A program made the translations under genes and the position numbers. This document shows, one piece after another, positions 19,860 through 31,509 of a stretch of DNA of 35,509 nt; the first letter of the stretch is position 1; each line of letters starts with the position of its first letter. A model generated the notes under the pieces. It did no database searches, had not been told where the DNA came from, and saw only the letters and a list, made by a program, of their open reading frames with translations. Origin of the DNA: Dicyema japonicum (taxonomy: Eukaryota > Animalia > Dicyemida); NCBI GenBank assembly GCA_011109175.1, contig RDEW01000013.1, forward strand, positions 559,989-595,497. Reading direction: 5' to 3'.

Positions 19860-22390
19860 TAAATTAAAATAATAATAACGAGTAAATTAACTAATTAACC
19901 GTATTTTGATCCAGATTGTTGGTAATTCCTCTTCTTTTCTTAGAAGAAGAGTGTGCCATAACCTCCCTGTTACTCCGCATCTCCACATCAGATTCAGTCA
20001 AAATATCTCCGTTAGAGTCCAGTGGGCTGTCCTCACGGCATGCTAGTTTTACAAGTTGGAAAATAGCAGAGGAGTACTCTTCATCGTACACCTTCATCCC
20101 ATGCTTATGTTCAATGAGCATACTTTCGAGCGTTCTCTTCAGCACAACCGAATGAATGTAAGTCCTTGTTGATTCTTCAATAGATAATTTATCCTTAGGA
20201 TTCTTGAATTATCTATTATTACTCGAGAATCCCCGACCTTCGCAAACACACAGTCGACTGTTTTTCCAAACTTTTANTTGATCCTTTCTTTGAGATGGTT
20301 AGAATCTTGTGGATCCCAACATCGCTTCAGTTTTCTTCCAAATATCTCATTTCACGAAGCAAAAGACATTGCTCTCCATTCATTAATTTATTTCTATGCG
20401 GAGAAAGTAATATTTAAAAAAAATAAATATTTTTAAATTAAAATAATAATAACGAGTAAATTAACTAATTAACCGTATTTTGATCCAGATTGTTGGTAAT
20501 TCCTCTTTTTTTCTTAGAAGAAGAGTGTGCCATAACCTGTTATCTCCACATCAGATTCAGTCAAAATATCTCCGTTAGAGTCCGATGGGCTGTCCTCACG
20601 GCATGCTAGTTTTACAAGTTGGAAGGTAGCAGAGGAGTACTCTTCATCGTACACCTTCATCCCATGCTTATGTTCAATGAGCATACTTTCGAGCGTTCTC
20701 TTCAGCACAACCGAATGAATGTAAGTCCTTGTTGATTCTTCAATAGATAATTTATCCTTATGATTCTTGAATTATCTATTATTACTCGCAGAATCCCCGA
20801 CCTTCGCAAACACACAGTCGACTGTTTTTCCAAACTTTTAAGAAACTGGAAAAGAATTAATTCGCTCTTTAATGAAATCGAGGTAAGTCCTCTTCCAAAA
20901 GTATTCCTGTCCAAATACAGCTTCTCTTTATTTGCAGGTTTGAAGTGCAACTTGAGTGACGTAAGCAGTTGCAGTATTTGTTGGTCAATATCATCAAATT
21001 CGTAATTCAATATTAATTAATCCTATATAATAGTTAGGGACATTGCGTATTCATTTATTGCACGAAATAATTCACAGAATTTTGAAATCATTGTTATTTT
21101 TCTTTTAACATTTTCAAGTATGGACTCCATAACTTTGCTTTAAGAACATTACTTCCCCCGTTTTCAAAATCACCCAAATATCGATATCCACTGAATCCTT
21201 CCAGAGTCTCACAACATGATAACGATTTTACATTAGAAAATGACTTTTCCGAATTCATCTCCAAGCCGGCAACATAAAGGAAATCGCGAACAACTTTCAT
21301 CATTTTAATAACAGTATCTTCTTTCAGCCCAAATATCTTTAGGTCATCAATGAATAACAAATGATTTGTAACCAATTCTTCTTCCATCTAACTGGAGATT
21401 TACAGTCCACTTCTTGACTATTGTCTTTACAAAGTTAACAATCCAACGGGGTATTCGAATCCAAAACATGAAATAAAAATTCATGGTCAACAGAATCAAA
21501 GGCCTTCTTCACATCCACCCAAGCAGAATAAAGGGCGTTTCCATACTCCTTATTTATGCATTGATTAATAAGGGCCTGTTCCTTAGCGCCCTGACAATGT
21601 TTCCTCGTTCCCAGCTGATTGTCAGATAATAGACCAAACGAATCCACAAAATCTGAGAGTTTGGAATTTCACATCCACCCAAGCAGAATAAAGGGCGTTT
21701 CCATACTCCTTATTTATGCATTGATTAATAAGGGCCTGTTCCTTAGCGCCCTGACAATGTTTCCTCGTTCCCAGCTGATTGTCAGATAATAGACCAAACG
21801 AATCCACAAAATCTGAGAGTTTGGAATTAACACATTTGGTAATGAGTTTATATAAAGTTGGCATACACGTTATAGGACGTAAATCTTTTGGAGTCTCACA
21901 ATCATCCTTTTTAGTAATTAAGTAGGTTATTCCAGTATAAAACCAACTTTCAGACATATATTCCCCATTAATAATATGGTTAATCTCAGTACATAAAAAG
22001 CCATGTAAAGATTCCGTTTTCTTTATAAGTACGAGGATCCAGCCACCTCTAGGTATCCTTCCAAATCTTTGTTTCGTGGCAAGAAAAATCTGAGATACCC
22101 ACTCAGCTTCAGAGACACAGTGGTCACTTCAATAATGACAGCTAGTGAATGCTAGTTGGTTTTGGCACCGATGTTGATATTAGTTCTTGTGACGGTCCTG
22201 CTTCTACTATTCTATCTTTATTTGATTTTGCAGAAAGGCCCTTAGGATTCGATTTCTCTGTATGATTAGAAACGGACATGCACAACCCCACAACAACAAA
22301 ACTATCTTTATTTGATTTTGCAGAAAGGCCCTTAGGATTCGATTTCTCTGTATGATTAGAAACGGACATGCACAACCCCACAACAACAAA
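19860..22390 (-). mobile_element. Internally deleted RLE-type retrotransposon (unit 1), with N-associated duplication at ~20278-20850
   Basis: RPITCMPTLYKLIT, NQLG, WVDVKKAFDSV, HLLFIDDLK, YRYLG, KLYLDRNTFGRGL and the terminal KRTLESM...QNTVN* with a TAATTAGTTAAT tail. The domains abut across deletions. Confidence 0.85.
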
Positions 22391-23519
22391 AATTATTATT
22401 TTCCTCCTTTCATAATAATCAAGATAGTTTAAAATAACATTTCATAATTTACATCCAAACTATCGATATCCATATGATTTAAAATTTTCAATTCTCGACT
22501 TCAGAAAACCTATTGAACCAGGTATCACCAATCTGAGCGAATCCCCAAGACCACACGTTACCAAAACAGAATTTTGGAAATAAGTTGAAAATTATCAAGT
22601 TCGACTTTGCCATCCAATATTGTCGGGAGTGCGGTAGACACACTCCATGCCGTAGAAAAAAGATGAGAGCAAATGAGAAGTAAAAAGCCTTACGAGACCG
22701 ATTTGAGTTCTATACGATTACGTTCGAGACAACTTGAGGAATAAGTGGAAAATCGCTTCGCTTCCTAAAGATACTTGGACGTTAAAATCAATTTAAAAAA
22801 AATTGAATTGCATGCAAATTAAATTTCGATAAATGATTCATCTTAAAGGTGAAGAATCCAAATGCTTCAATTGATCCAATAATTCCGAATAACACGAGTT
22901 CCAAGTCTGCATGAACTGTTACAACAAGGTAATAAATTTCATTAAAATCTGACATGAAATTTAATAAAACAACAGTAACTCCTCCAATTTGTCAATAATC
23001 GCCTTAAGGCACTTAAGAATTTCAAAAAAACTCCCTCAAAGCACTCTCAATTACAGAGGCAGATTCAGACGACAGCTGTAATTATTATAAGCGCGAAAAA
23101 TAAATCGTTAGGTCACTATATAAAAACGAAAAACACCCAAGAATGCCATTTCGTGTGTAATGTCGCTGCTTTTGATACTTTTCCTGACACATTCCCATAT
23201 TTCACAGACAAGGTCGGCAAGAAAGGTCTTATTCTGTCGTATGGTAGTCTGTTATTTCATAACTAATGGTTTGTCGACTTTTTCTGGTGTGGATCGAGTC
23301 AGGTTGTACATAAGTTATACGGAGGTTGCACCAAAGTGGTGGGACCTCTGGAAATAACTCATGTACGCTTCCAGCAAAACAAGACTCGCAATTTTCTTGT
23401 AGGAATTCGTGAGGTTTTTTAATGAATACTGAAGATAACTGACAATCTTCTAATATACAAGGTTACTGCCAAGAAACTGAAATTGTCCAATCTGAGTTTG
23501 ATTATGGGGAATAATCTCT

Positions 23520-23760
23520 TCATTTTTTCGTTTTTTTCTGTTTTTATTTCAACTATATATTTATCTATTGTTTGTCAGTATTTTCTTTTTTTGGAATAGC
23601 ATATTTACTGCGATTACAAAATCATTTAATGGAAATCAAATAGTATATATTTGTTTAAAAATAGTTGGTGACATTGAAAATGTTCAGTCCATATATAATA
23701 TGTCCGACATAAATATTTTCCCAAAAATAGATTTTCCCCTCTAATTGGGTATATTCTTTT
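23520..23760 (-). pseudogene. MULE transposase remnant (unit 1)
   Basis: MSDILYMD*TFSMSPTIFKQIYTI*; two of the conserved codons are mutated to TGA. Confidence 0.6.
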
Positions 23761-23789
23761 ACAAAGTAAAACTACACTTTTAGTTAAAT

Positions 23790-26653
23790 AGCTATGGTAT
23801 GCAGTACAATTTATATTCATTTTAATGAATACGATTAGAAATTCTTGATCATTTTATAATGTAATAAGTTTTTCAAAACTAATTGTAATTGTTATGTAAT
23901 AGGTTTTTTCCACTTAAATGTATTCAATTAGAGATTAAAGATCATTACATGATCAAGGATTGTTATTCTACACTATTCTTGACTTGATGTGCACTATAGC
24001 ATTTATCAACATTATTCTAATGAATTAGATAATTATGATTATTACACAATGACTAAAGGTACTACTTGAGACTTGATACACTTTTTTGTCAAACTAAACT
24101 AGATCCCTATTGTATGATTTGCAATACAAGTGATATACATATTATTGAATACCATTTGAAATTCTTGATCATTTTATTATGTAATAAGTTATTCAACCTA
24201 CTTGATCGTTATGCAATTTAAGTTTTTTCAACAAGATGTATTCTATTAGAGATATTCAAGATCATTACATGATCAAGGATAGTTATTCTTCACTTTTTGT
24301 GACTTGGCATAGATTTTATATTCCATACGAATTTTTTTATTAATATATTGATTTCATGATGTAATAAGTTATTCAACCTACTTATTGATTGTTATGCAAT
24401 TTAGGTTTTTTTCATAAATGATCAAGGATAGTTATTCTTCACTTTTTGTGACTTGGCATAGATTTTATATTCCATACGAATTTTTTTATTAATATATTGA
24501 TTTCATGATGTAATAAGTTATTCAACCTACTTATTGATTGTTATGCAATTTAGGTTTTTTTCATAAGATGTATTCTATTCGAGAGATTCAAGAACATTAC
24601 ATGATCTAAGATAGTTACTCTACACTTTTTTGACTTGGCATAGATTATATTTTCTATCCAATTAATTTATTAAGTTATTGATTTCATTATGTAATAAGTT
24701 ATTCAACCTACTTGATATTATGCAATTTAGGTTATTTAACAAGATGTATTCTATTCGAGAGATTCAAAGATCATTACATGATTGAGGATAGTTACACTTC
24801 ACGATTCGTGACTTGATCTGCACTAAAAGCAGTTTCAATATTATTGTAATGAATTAGATAATTATGATTATTACACAATGACTAAAGGTATTCTAATACG
24901 TGAGACTCGATACACTATTTTGTCATACTAAACTATATCCCAAATAGTATGATTTGCATTACAAGTGATATACATATTATTATTGAATAACATTTGAAAA
25001 TCTTGATCATTTTATTATGTAATAAGTTATTCAACCTACTTGATCGTTATGCAATTTAGTTTTTTAACAAAATGTATTCTATTAGAGAGATTCGGAACAT
25101 TACATTATTAAGTATAGTTACTCTACACTTTTTGTGACTTGGCATAGATATATTTTCTATCCAATTAATTTATTAAGTTATTGATTACATTATATAATAA
25201 GTTATTCAACCTACTTATTGTTATGCAATTTAGGTTTTTTTCATAAGATGTATTCTATTAGAGAGATTCGAGATCATTACTCTACACGATTCGTAACTTG
25301 ATATGCACTTAAGCAGTTATCAATATTATTGTAATGAATTAGATAATAATGATTATTAAACAATGACTAAAGGTACTACTTGAGACTTGATACACTTTTT
25401 GTCAAACTAAACTAGATCCCAATTGTATGATTTGCAATACAAGTGATATACATATTATTGAATACCATATGAAATTCTTGATCATTTTATTATGTAATAC
25501 GTTATTCAACCTACTTGATCGTTATGCAATTTTAGGTTATTTAACAAGATGTATTCTATTCGAGAGATTCAAGATCATTACATGATTCAGGATAGTTACT
25601 CTACACGATTCGTGACTTGATATGCACTAAAGCAGTTATCAATATTATTGTAATGAATTAGATAATTATGATTATTACAAAATGACTAAAGATTTTCTAC
25701 TACTTGATACACTTTTTGTCAAACTAAACTAGATCCCAATGTATGATTTGCAATACAAGTGATATACATATTATTGTATACCATTTGAAATTCTTGATGT
25801 TTTATTATGTAATAAGTTATTCAACCTGTTGATCGTTATGCAATTTAGGTATTTTCCAAGATGTATTCTATTCGAGAGATTCAAAATAATTAAATGATCA
25901 GGGAAAGTTGCTCTACACGATTCGTGACTTGATATGGACAAAAGCAGTTATCAATGTTATTGTAATGAATTAGATAATTATGATTATTACACAATGACTA
26001 AAGATTTTCTACTACTTGATACACTATTTTGTCATACTAAACTATATCCCAAATAGTATGATTGCATTACAAGTGATATACATATTATTGAATAACATTT
26101 GAAAATCTTGATCATTTTATTATGTAATAAGTTATTCAACCTACTTGATCGTTATGCAATTTAGGTTATTTAACAAGATGTATTCTATTCCAGAGATTCA
26201 AGATCATTACATGATTCAGGATAGTTACTCTACACGATTCGTGACTTGATATGCACTAAAGCAGTTATCAATATTATTAATGAATTAGATAATTATGATT
26301 ATTACACAATGACTAAAGATTTTCTACTACTTGATACACTTTTTGTCAAACTAAACTAGATCCCAATTGTATGATTTGCAATACAAGTGATATACATATT
26401 ATTGTATACCATTTGAAATTCTTGATCATTTTATTATGCAATAAATTATTCAACCTAATTCTTGATCGTTATGCAATTTAAGGTTATTTTACAAGATGTA
26501 TTCTATTCGAGAAATTCAAGATATTTACATGATTCAGGGAAGATACTCTACACGATTCTTGACTGGATATGCAGAAAAGCATTTATCAATGTTATTGTAA
26601 TGAATTAGATAATTAAGATTATTACACAGTGACTACAGGTACTACTTGAGACT
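23790..26653. repeat. AT-rich satellite array with ~317-bp and ~178-bp monomers
   Basis: The core TAATAAGTTATTCAACCTACTTGATCGTTATGCAATTTAGG recurs at two alternative spacings. Confidence 0.95.
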
Positions 26654-28385
26654 GGTTAACGAGACACCATATGTCTTCTGTTTAACGAGACACCATATGT
26701 CTTCTCTTTGAATTATTGACCCCTTGCATCCAACAAGAATTATTTTTCAAGAGGTGCAATATTTCTCAATGGATCTTGCACGTCTCTCATCACTAGGCGG
26801 TAATTTAGACTTTAAATCAAGTCCATATGCCAGTTTAATAGCATATCTCCTCGATTTATCGAGAAGCTCTACAAGAGTACTTCTCTCATCACTTTCAACC
26901 ATCCTTGGAAGCCATAAATCAAGAATGGTTCTATACAAGCTGTCTACACATAAAGAAAAGTTTCCGGACTCAATTAAAAACGTAGAAGCGATTTCAACAT
27001 AGCCGTAACTTTTTTCTTCTTTTTAATGATATAATTAATGAAAAAACCCTTCGAGTTCACAACAAACACCAAGATATTGTAACTGTTCCATGAATTTGAT
27101 GGATCCAATGTTAATACAAATCTTTGATTTATTCTTGTAATTCACAATCCATGAAGCAGTACACTTTTCAAGAGATAAACCTTTATCTCTAATTTAATTC
27201 TTTCGATATGTGTCGAAACACGTTTCCGGGAAATCGATCTATTAATACTAAGATCGAGCTAAAAGAATATCATCGGCATATACTAACATTTTCGAATTTA
27301 GGTGTTCAAACTTCGGGATGTCACACATAACACAATTGAATAAAAGAAGTCTAAAGACAGACCCTTATGTAACCCCTCTTTTTAACAAAATTTTCTTCAA
27401 TATATGATCTCCAACACGTATAAAAAATTCTCTACAGAAAGAAAATCCTTCATCCAAACTTGAGCCTTGCTCCCAACATTAAAATTTGACAAAGTTTTCA
27501 ACAACCCAGCATTCCAGACGTTATCACAGCCTTTAATATGTCTAGACATACGGCCGTAAGACATTCTCTATTCTTCTTAGCAACACATTTAAAATTTGAT
27601 AATATTGAGAAACAATCTCCAGTCCCTCTAGTGGGACGAAAACCCACTGATCATCGAAATCTGTTGTCTTCAACGTATTTTGATAATCTGTTGAAAATGT
27701 TTTTTTCCATAATTTTCGATATACTGCATATTAGGCTTATTGGCCTTCTTCGGGATCATCCTTACAAAAGACTTCTTCCAAGTAGAAGGAACATGTCCAG
27801 AACACCTAGAAAAATTAAATAAAGCCCATAACGTTTTCAATAATGGTATTCCAGCATTTTTGAAGACAGTCAGGGGAATAAAATCCCAACCCGGAGCTTT
27901 CTTTTTGCATCCATTAATAGCAAGAATTATCTCCTCCATAGTAATCGTACCACACAAAGGCTCCTCCACAAGCGGGGATGGCTCCTCTTCAAGAAAACTA
28001 GTTTGTATTTTCGGGGAATAATTAACAGAGGATCCAATTTTTGTACCTCTGCGAGTTGTTGTCTTTAGACATCTGGAACTTTTTCTTTTGGGATCCAAGA
28101 GCCGTCACCAGACTTGAGATTTATCTCTTCACCTTTCTTATCCAAAGTTTCCAGAATTTAGGATTATTACGATAGAGTTTGGAGCATTCTCTCCTCCATC
28201 TATCTTCTTCAATACTTTTTGATACTTCGATCAATACACTCTTTATAGACTTGATCCTTTCTTTGAGATGGTTAGAATCTTGTGGATCCCAACATCGCTT
28301 CAGTTTTCTTCCAAATATCTCATTTCACGAAGCAAAAGACATTGCTCTCCATTCATTAATTTATTTCTATGCGGAGAAAGTAATA
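26654..28385 (-). mobile_element. APE-class LINE, copy B (chimera of copies C and A)
   Basis: The left end shares its junction, 27-bp duplication and GAGGTGC with copy C. From ~26799 rightwards it matches copy A at the diagnostic sites checked. Confidence 0.8.
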
Positions 28386-28394
28386 TTTAAAAAA

Positions 28395-30115
28395 AATAAA
28401 TATTTTTAAATTAAAATAATAATAACGAGTAAATTAACTAATTAACCGTATTTTGATCCAGATTGTTGGTAATTCCTCTTTTTTTCTTAGAAGAAGAGTG
28501 TGCCATAACCTGTTATCTCCACATCAGATTCAGTCAAAATATCTCCGTTAGAGTCCGATGGGCTGTCCTCACGGCATGCTAGTTTTACAAGTTGGAAAAT
28601 AGCAGAGGAGTACTCTTCATCGTACACCTTCATCCCATGCTTATGTTCAATGAGCATACTTTCGAGCGTTCTCTTCAGCACAACCGAATGAATGTAAGTC
28701 CTTGTTGATTCTTCAATAGATAATTTATCCTTAGGATTCTTGAATTATCTATTATTACTCGCAGAATCCCCGACCTTCGCAAACACACAGTCGACTGTTT
28801 TTCCAAACTTTTAAGAAACTGGAAAAGAATTAATTCGCTCTTTAATGAAATCGAGGTAAGTCCTCTTCCAAAAGTATTCCTGTCCAAATACAGCTTCTCT
28901 TTATTTGCAGGTTTGAGGTGCAACTTGAGTGACGTAAGCAGTTGCCGTATTTGTTGGTCAATATCATCAAATTCGTAAGGTTCAATATTAATTAATCCTA
29001 TATAATAGTTAGGGACATTGCGTATTCATTTATTGCAGAAATAATTCACAGAATTTTGAAATCATTGTTATTTTCCTCTTAACATTTTCAAGTATGGACT
29101 CCATAACTTTGCTTTAAGAACATTACTTCCCCCGTTTTCAAAATCACCCAAATATCGATATCCACTGACTCCTTCCAGAGTCTCACAACATGATAACGAT
29201 TTTACATTAGAAAATGACTTTTCCGAATTCATCTCCAAGCCGGCAACATAAAGGAAATCGCGAACAACTTTCATCATTTTAATAACAGTATCTTCTTTCA
29301 GCCCAAATATCTTTACGTCATCAATGAATAACAAATGATTTGTAACCAATTCTTCTTCCATCTAACTGGAGATTTACAGTCCACTTCTTGACTATTGTCT
29401 TTACAAAGTTAACAATCCAACGGGGTATTCGAATCCAAAACATGAAATAAAAATTCATGGTCAACAGAATCAAAGGCCTTCTTCACATCCACCCAAGCAG
29501 AATAAAGGGCGTTTCCATACTCCTTATTTATGCATTGATTAATAAGGGCCTGTTCCTTAGCGCCCTGACAATGTTTCCTCGTTCCCAGCTGATTGTCAGA
29601 TAATAGACCAAACGAATCCACAAAATCTGAGAGTTTGGAATTAACACATTTGGTAATGAGTTTATATAAAGTTGGCATACACGTTATAGGACGTAAAACT
29701 TTTAAAGTCTCACAATCATCCTTTTTAGTAATTAAGTAGGTTATTCCAGTATAAAACCAACTTTCAGACATATATTCCCCATTAATAATATGGTTAATCT
29801 CAGTACATAAAAAGCCATGTAAAGATTCCGTTTTCTTTTTAAGTACGAGGATCCAGCCACCTCTAGGTATCCTTCCAAATCTTTGTTTCGTGGCAAGAAA
29901 AATCTGAGATACCCACTCAGCTTCAGAGACACAGTGGTCACTTCAATAATGACAGCTAGTGATTGCTAGTTGGTTTTGGCACCGATGTTGATATTAGTTC
30001 TTGTGACGGTCCTGCTTCTACTATTCTATCTTTATTTGATTTTGCAGAAAGGCCCTTAGGATTCGATTTCTCTGTATGATTAGAAACGGACATGCACAAC
30101 CCCACAACAACAAAA
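28395..30115 (-). mobile_element. Internally deleted RLE-type retrotransposon (unit 2)
   Basis: Same motifs and deletion junctions as unit 1, without the 160-bp and 90-bp duplications. Confidence 0.85.
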
Positions 30116-31244
30116 ATTATTATTTTCCTCCTTTCATAATAATCAAGATAGTTTAAAATAACATTTCATAATTTACATCCAAACTATCGATATCCATATG
30201 ATTTAAAATTTTCAATTCTCGACTTCAGAAAACCTATTGAACCAGGTATCACCAATCTGAGCGTCTCCAAGACCACACGTTACCAAAACAGAATTTTGGA
30301 AATAAATTGAAAATTATCAAGTTCGACTTTGCCATCCTACATTGTCGGGAGTGCGGTAGACACACTCCATGCCGTAGAAAAACGATGAGAGCAAATGAGA
30401 AGTAAAAAGCCTTACGAGACCGATTCGAGTTCTATACGATTGTGGTCGAGACAACTTGAGGAATAAGTGGAAAATCGCTTCGCTTCCTAAAGATACTTGG
30501 ACGTTAAAATCAATTTAAAAAAAATTGAATTGCATGCAAATTAAATTTCGATAAATGATTCATCTTAAAGGTGAAGAATCCAAATGCTTCAATTGATCTA
30601 ATAATTCCGAATAACACGAGTTCCAAGTCTGCATGAACTGTTACAACAAGGTAATAAATTTCATTAAAATCTGACATGAAATTTAATAAAACAACAGTAA
30701 CTCCTCCAATTTGTCAATAATCGCCTTAAGGCACTTAAGAATTTCAAAAAAACTCCTTCAAAGCACTCTCAATTACAGAGGCAGATTCAGACGACAGCTG
30801 TAATTATTATAAGCGCGAAAAATTAATCGTTAGGTCACTATATAAAAACGAAAATCACCCAAGAATGCCATTTCGTGTGTAATGTCGCTGCTTTTGATAC
30901 TTTTCCTGACACATTCCCATATTTCACAGACAAGGTCGGCAAGAAAGGTCTTATTCTGTCGTATGGTAGTCTGTTATTCCATAACTAATGGTTTGTCGAC
31001 TTTTTCTGGTGTGGATCGAGTCAGGTTGTACATAAGTTATACGGAGGTTGCACCAAAGTGGTGGGTCCTCTGGAAATAACTCATGTACGCTTCCAGCAAA
31101 ACGAGACTCGCAATTTTCTTGTAGGAATTCGTGAGGTTTTTTAATGAATACTGAAGATAACTGACTATCTTCTAATATACAAGGTTACTGCCAAGAAACT
31201 GAAATTGTCCAATCTGAGCTTGATTATGGGGAATAATCTCTTCA

Positions 31245-31490
31245 TTTTTTCGTTTTTTTCTGTTTTTATTTCAACTATATATTTATCTATTGTTTGTCAG
31301 TATTTTCTTTTTTTGGAATAGCATATTTACTGCGATTACAGAATCATTTAATGGAAATCTAATAGTATATATTTGTTTAAAAATAGTTGGTGACATTGAA
31401 AATGTTCCGTCCATATATAATATGTCCGACATAAATATTTTCCCAAAAATAGATTTTCCCCTCTACTTGGGTATCTTCTTTTACAAAGTA
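31245..31490 (-). pseudogene. MULE transposase remnant (unit 2)
   Basis: MSDILYMDGTFSMSPTIFKQIYTIRFPLND on the minus strand. Confidence 0.65.
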
Positions 31491-31509
31491 AAACTACACT
31501 TTTTGGCAA

